A stretch of DNA of 64,000 nucleotides from Balanoglossus misakiensis (Eukaryota; Animalia; Hemichordata), in assembly GCA_040954595.2 (NCBI GenBank), contig CM082589.2, positions 1,404,009-1,468,008 on the forward strand, written 5' to 3'. Shown piece after piece: positions 59,380-64,000 of the stretch. The notes beneath the pieces were generated by a model that was not told where the DNA came from, did not search any database, and saw only the letters and a list, made by a program, of their open reading frames with translations. A program made the translations under genes and the position numbers. Numbering within the stretch: position 1 is the first letter of the stretch; each line of letters starts with the position of its first letter.

Positions 59380-62300
59380 CTGGTGTGACATAAGTTTGGC
59401 AACACTAGTCAAAGAATACTACCAGTCCTCGGGTTAAAATTATTTTACCTAGTAAGCAGTCCATGTATGATATTCTATGACAGCACATCAACTTCATAAA
59501 ACGCTTTTCAGAGATCAGATAATATTTTTGTTGTTTTAATTGTTTTGTGTTTCTGACAGTATTATACGAAATAAACAGGAAGACTGCTATGGACACCCGC
59601 TAGGTTCTGAATAATTGTTTTTCGTAATATCTCAGGTGTGCAGTGATGGGCAGATTGAGTGCAGAAATGCTAGAAAATAAACAGGAAGTTTATCAGACAG
59701 AAGTGCATTGCGCACGTGACAATCAGACCACTCATCATGTTTTGTTGGAAAAAAGTTGTAGTAATGATTCCAGTAAATTATACACTAGTCTTTCAAATGT
59801 GTAAACTTATCCAGCTTTCTAGACATACTATAAGGTGACATTCTAGGGATAAAAGCACCCTTGAGGAAAATTTTGCGTTAATGTTATTGCAGATAGATCT
59901 TCCGGACTTTTTGAAACTCAACTCCACAAAGAGAAAGTTGTAAAAATCATTTGTGTCAAAACATTTTAAAATGGCATAATGACTTGTTCGTCATTTTCTG
60001 AAATGAGGAATTTCCGCGAAGAATTGTGCTGGAAGGCCGATACTTGACCACTTCATATTGGATGATAGGCAGAATTTAATCTTTTAAGTTGCAAATCTAT
60101 CAGCTGTTGATATTTTCATGATTGTATCCCATATCAGTTTTTCAGAAACTTTTGGGGGGATTGCACACCTGTCTTTAAGATAATATCGTTTTGGTGTGTG
60201 GTCAGTCATGCAATTTTCCCCCAGATCCCCGTTTTGGCCATTTTCATTCCAAAACATTGATCCAACCAAATAAGCTTACTGATACATGGATATCTGATCA
60301 ACGCCCGATTGTGGCTGTACGTTGCAATTTGAACAAGTGATATTAAATGGGTGCTGCACCCGTTTAATCAGCCTCCAATACAAAGAGTACACAACTATCG
60401 TGTTATGCATTGCCAAGAGTTGAGAAACTGATTTAAATACAAGTAATATGGCTGAATGGTGAGAATTCTAAAGGATAGGGAGAAGATTTTAGGTATTCTA
60501 TTGTGGGAAGAAATCTGTGAAATTTGGAAGGTTATGGGGCTTTAAGAGACTCCTTTGCCGTTTCAAAAGAAATTTCAGTCTTTAATGTTATTAAATCGTG
60601 TGAGCATATTCAGGTCATATCTGCCAATAAAATGACATGTTATCACAATAAGATTTTGAATTCTTAGAGCCGCATATGGATCTTGCCTTACATTTTGTCG
60701 ATGTAGTCCTTGGTAGCTAAGGCATCATTTCTTGCCTTGCAGGCAATTTCGCAAATTATGGATTGCGATATCGACGATGCTTTGTATCACATGAGGGCAG
60801 TCTTCATCAAAACTGATGTGAACAATGTTTCAGTGAAGAAGTACGAAGAAGCATTCATATTTAGGAGAGGTTAAAAGTTGTATTGCTCTCATCAGTCAGT
60901 TTGTGTTAAAATCTTACAAAAAAAATTGATTTAATAAATTAAATAAATGCTAATATTAATCTCAAAGTAGAATGAAATGGTAAGTGTTCAAGTCACATTA
61001 TTTTATCAACATTTACCAGCAGTTTATACTATGTAACTTATTGTGTGATGTTAAGAGAATGAGTCAACCATGACATTTAACAATGAAGTTTCACGGTGGT
61101 TTGATCAGGAAAATCAAGAGTACACACAAACATGGATATTAGGAACTGCATGAACTTCCAAAGTACATGTACTTGGGAATAAACTTTGATGCATGGAACA
61201 GCTGATTGCTGTTAACCTTGAACTCTGAGAGTGATCTCAGAAATGTCAGCGTCATCTTTTCATTAAAATCTGATTAGCTGAAACTGTGACGCATATTGGG
61301 AGCCTCGGCTGCATGTTCTGTGTGTGTGTGTGCCTTGACCTGACAGAGATTTTGCTGTGCAGTAGTTGTGTGTGGGTGTACATGTACGAAGGCTGGTGCA
61401 AATTGCGAAAAAAAAAAATTGGTTTACAGTCAACAGGTGGAAAAAGTGTAGCCAAGAAAGAAAAGACCGTCAATGAAGATGTTTCAGATACACTGTGAAT
61501 CTTTGCGAATATTAAAATAATACACCTGTTGAATGATGACAATTTGACCAAACAGAATCAATATTGACCGTGGATTTTGATCCCACCGTAGAATTCACTC
61601 TTATATGACATGACTGATTTTTCTGTCCTCAGCCATGCCCGTCAATCCATATGACATGATAAATCATGAAAAGAACCTCTCTATTCTGCGGGGTATTAAT
61701 CACTAAATCTATCATGTACGTTTCAGCAAAATGTCAAGCACAGTTTATAGAGTGAAGGACGGTGAAACGTGTTAACATTTAAACAAGTCGCTGAATGTTC
61801 GAGTCGTGATGGTAGCGAAGGAAATCTGTCACAACAGTTTTTGAAATAATAACTCTGTGTTTGTAGATATATTGAATATTTTTACCCCCATTTCCACAAC
61901 GATGTAAATTTAAGAGCCACTAATTTCATTCCTTTCTGTTGTTACTTCTAAAGTATATCTTTCTTGTGCTAGTCCGTACTGTAGTTGTACAATTGGATAT
62001 TTTACTGACACATATGAAAAAATACATCAAAATGTTGCCAAAAAATATAATAAAATATAACGAAATTTCAAAATGTGATGTTACAAATGAATGCTATAGT
62101 GCACTGGCACAACAAAATGGTAGGGTGAAATCTCACAGAGTGATCTGTACACTTCTTGAAATGTTACAGTTACGTTCCGACAAAATGGTACTAATCTAAA
62201 GACAGTAAAGTCAGTTAAAAATTATTTACTGCAAATTTATCCAACTGTGAATTTTTTGTCATGTTTGAAGTAGATTTCGAAAAAATCAGCGATGATGTTC

Positions 62301-63730
62301 TGTAAACGTTTGACAAAAAGTAGACTGTGTCGTTACGGCTTGTGTCACACATCTTTGTTACAGCAATGCTAGAGGGGAAACTCCACTGCCAATGCAAAGA
62401 GTTGTCAATGCCATTTTATCAAATAAAACAAGTTTTTAAAGGTCAAATCTCTCAGATTCAGTCGACAGTGGAGGTAGGCTTACCTTCATTGGAGTGAGTA
62501 GTCATGTCACTTCACCGGTTGTGAAGTCCTTTTCATTTTTCCTCCTTTCAAAATGTCAAAACTCAGCGGTTGAGAAATCAGAGGATGCCATGTGTGAGAG
62601 ATGATAGAAGTTGAGGTCCTGATGGACTAGCTTGAACTAAACTGGATGAGGAATAAACTGTGAGAGGCTAATACTTGGCCCACCTACTTCTTCTTGCAAC
62701 CGGCCTGCATCACCTACACGTTGGCCTTGAAAAAATACAGGTTCTCAATGAGCTGCCTACCTTCCAGCCGGAATAGCTATCCCACACACTTTGATGGCGG
62801 AATAATTCACTTTACTAGGAAAATCAAACAGAGTTATATCAGATAATTCAGTTTACAAGGAAAATCAAACGGAATCATATAACTGTGTAGGTTTTCAACT
62901 TGGCTTTTTCTAGTTAAACACTTTCATGTGATGATTCTCAAAAGATCTATCAGCAGTTGACAGAGATGGAAATTTTCACAAATTACTGTCAGACAGTCTT
63001 GAGCAGTGGTTGGAAGCCATGTCATGCCCGTGTTTGACATTTAAGTGATAAATAGATTTTTTAGTTCAAACATTTCTTAATTTAATCCTGCCACAATCAG
63101 TCTGATCATTTTGTTCCCAGTGCTTAGTTTATCCCTCTCCATCCTATCTGTAACTTCCCTGCAATGCCAAGATTTTCCATGGAAAACAATGGACATATTC
63201 CATCATGCAGCAATGAATGATGAAGCCATAGATTTGATGTCTCAACACTATTATATGACACAGCAACCTGTTACATGTACATGTACTTTGTTGCAGTTTC
63301 TTACCTACGTTTTAAAACCACATGAAAAATCACGAGCTAAGCATTTTTAATTCAACCATAATGTGTTTGTGTAAACTTTGTATTGTGTAGTCTTGTTATT
63401 TAGTGCTACATAAATGACAAGGTCGTAGATTTGATTTTAGGGTGTACTTTCTTGACAAAAAAAATCCTACAAAATTAGACGGTAAGGTAGATAGAATGTT
63501 AGATAGAACTGATGCAGAGAGATTTGAGTGTTAGACTGCCCTCATTGTGACAATATAGCACGTCATTGATGTAGCATACCCTCTAAGCCAATACAGTGTG
63601 CCCTCTAAGCCTATATGACATGCTGCTCAGATTCTGTACACCATGTGTAGTTCTTTTTATAGTTCTGCACTGGGGAACGTCAAAAACAGATGAAAGATGG
63701 GAAAGAGTTAGATATTTTATGAGGTTGAGG

Positions 63731-63850
63731 GGAGAGAGAGGCGGAGAGAGCAAGGGAGAGAGAGAGAGAGAGTGTGTGTGTCTTATTCAGTGTTAGAGAG
63801 GAGGAGAGAGAGAGAGATGAGAGAGACAGACGAGAGAGACAGACAGATGG
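63731..63850. repeat. (GA)n/(GACA)n low-complexity tract
   Basis: Read directly. Confidence 0.85.
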
Positions 63851-64000
63851 GTAGATCACAGAAGATAGATTGACAGACAGGTAGATCACAGGACAGTACA
63901 CTATACAGACAAGTAATGCAAATGTCGTGATGTGTGTTGGGGATGTTGAGGTGATTTCTTGGTTACATCTATCACTAGGGAATGATGTCTTTGCACAATA

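Overview
AT-rich, intron-rich animal genomic DNA. It is probably an invertebrate deuterostome; this is an inference from intron positions that match vertebrate ones and a vertebrate-like miR-133 5p arm. Six spliced genes form three consecutive head-to-head pairs: GCKR(-)/Src42A-FRK kinase(+), WASHC5(-)/FKBP12(+) and Cables(-)/Mib1(+). GCKR runs off the left edge. Mib1 enters an intron of more than 23 kb after exon 12, and that intron fills the rest of the window. Main observations: (1) a mir-133 hairpin antisense inside that intron, the same intron that hosts miR-1-2/133a-1 in human; (2) an AT-AC U12-type intron in FKBP12; (3) two GC-AG introns; (4) a GCKR homologue that keeps bacterial MurQ etherase motifs ([10 protein letters not shown]); (5) an unexplained ~600-bp module with two convergent orphan first-exon-like units and hairpins between the kinase and WASHC5; (6) small MITE/SINE repeats. 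Exon boundaries were read by eye and no database search was run. Most short ORFs in the supplied track are spurious.
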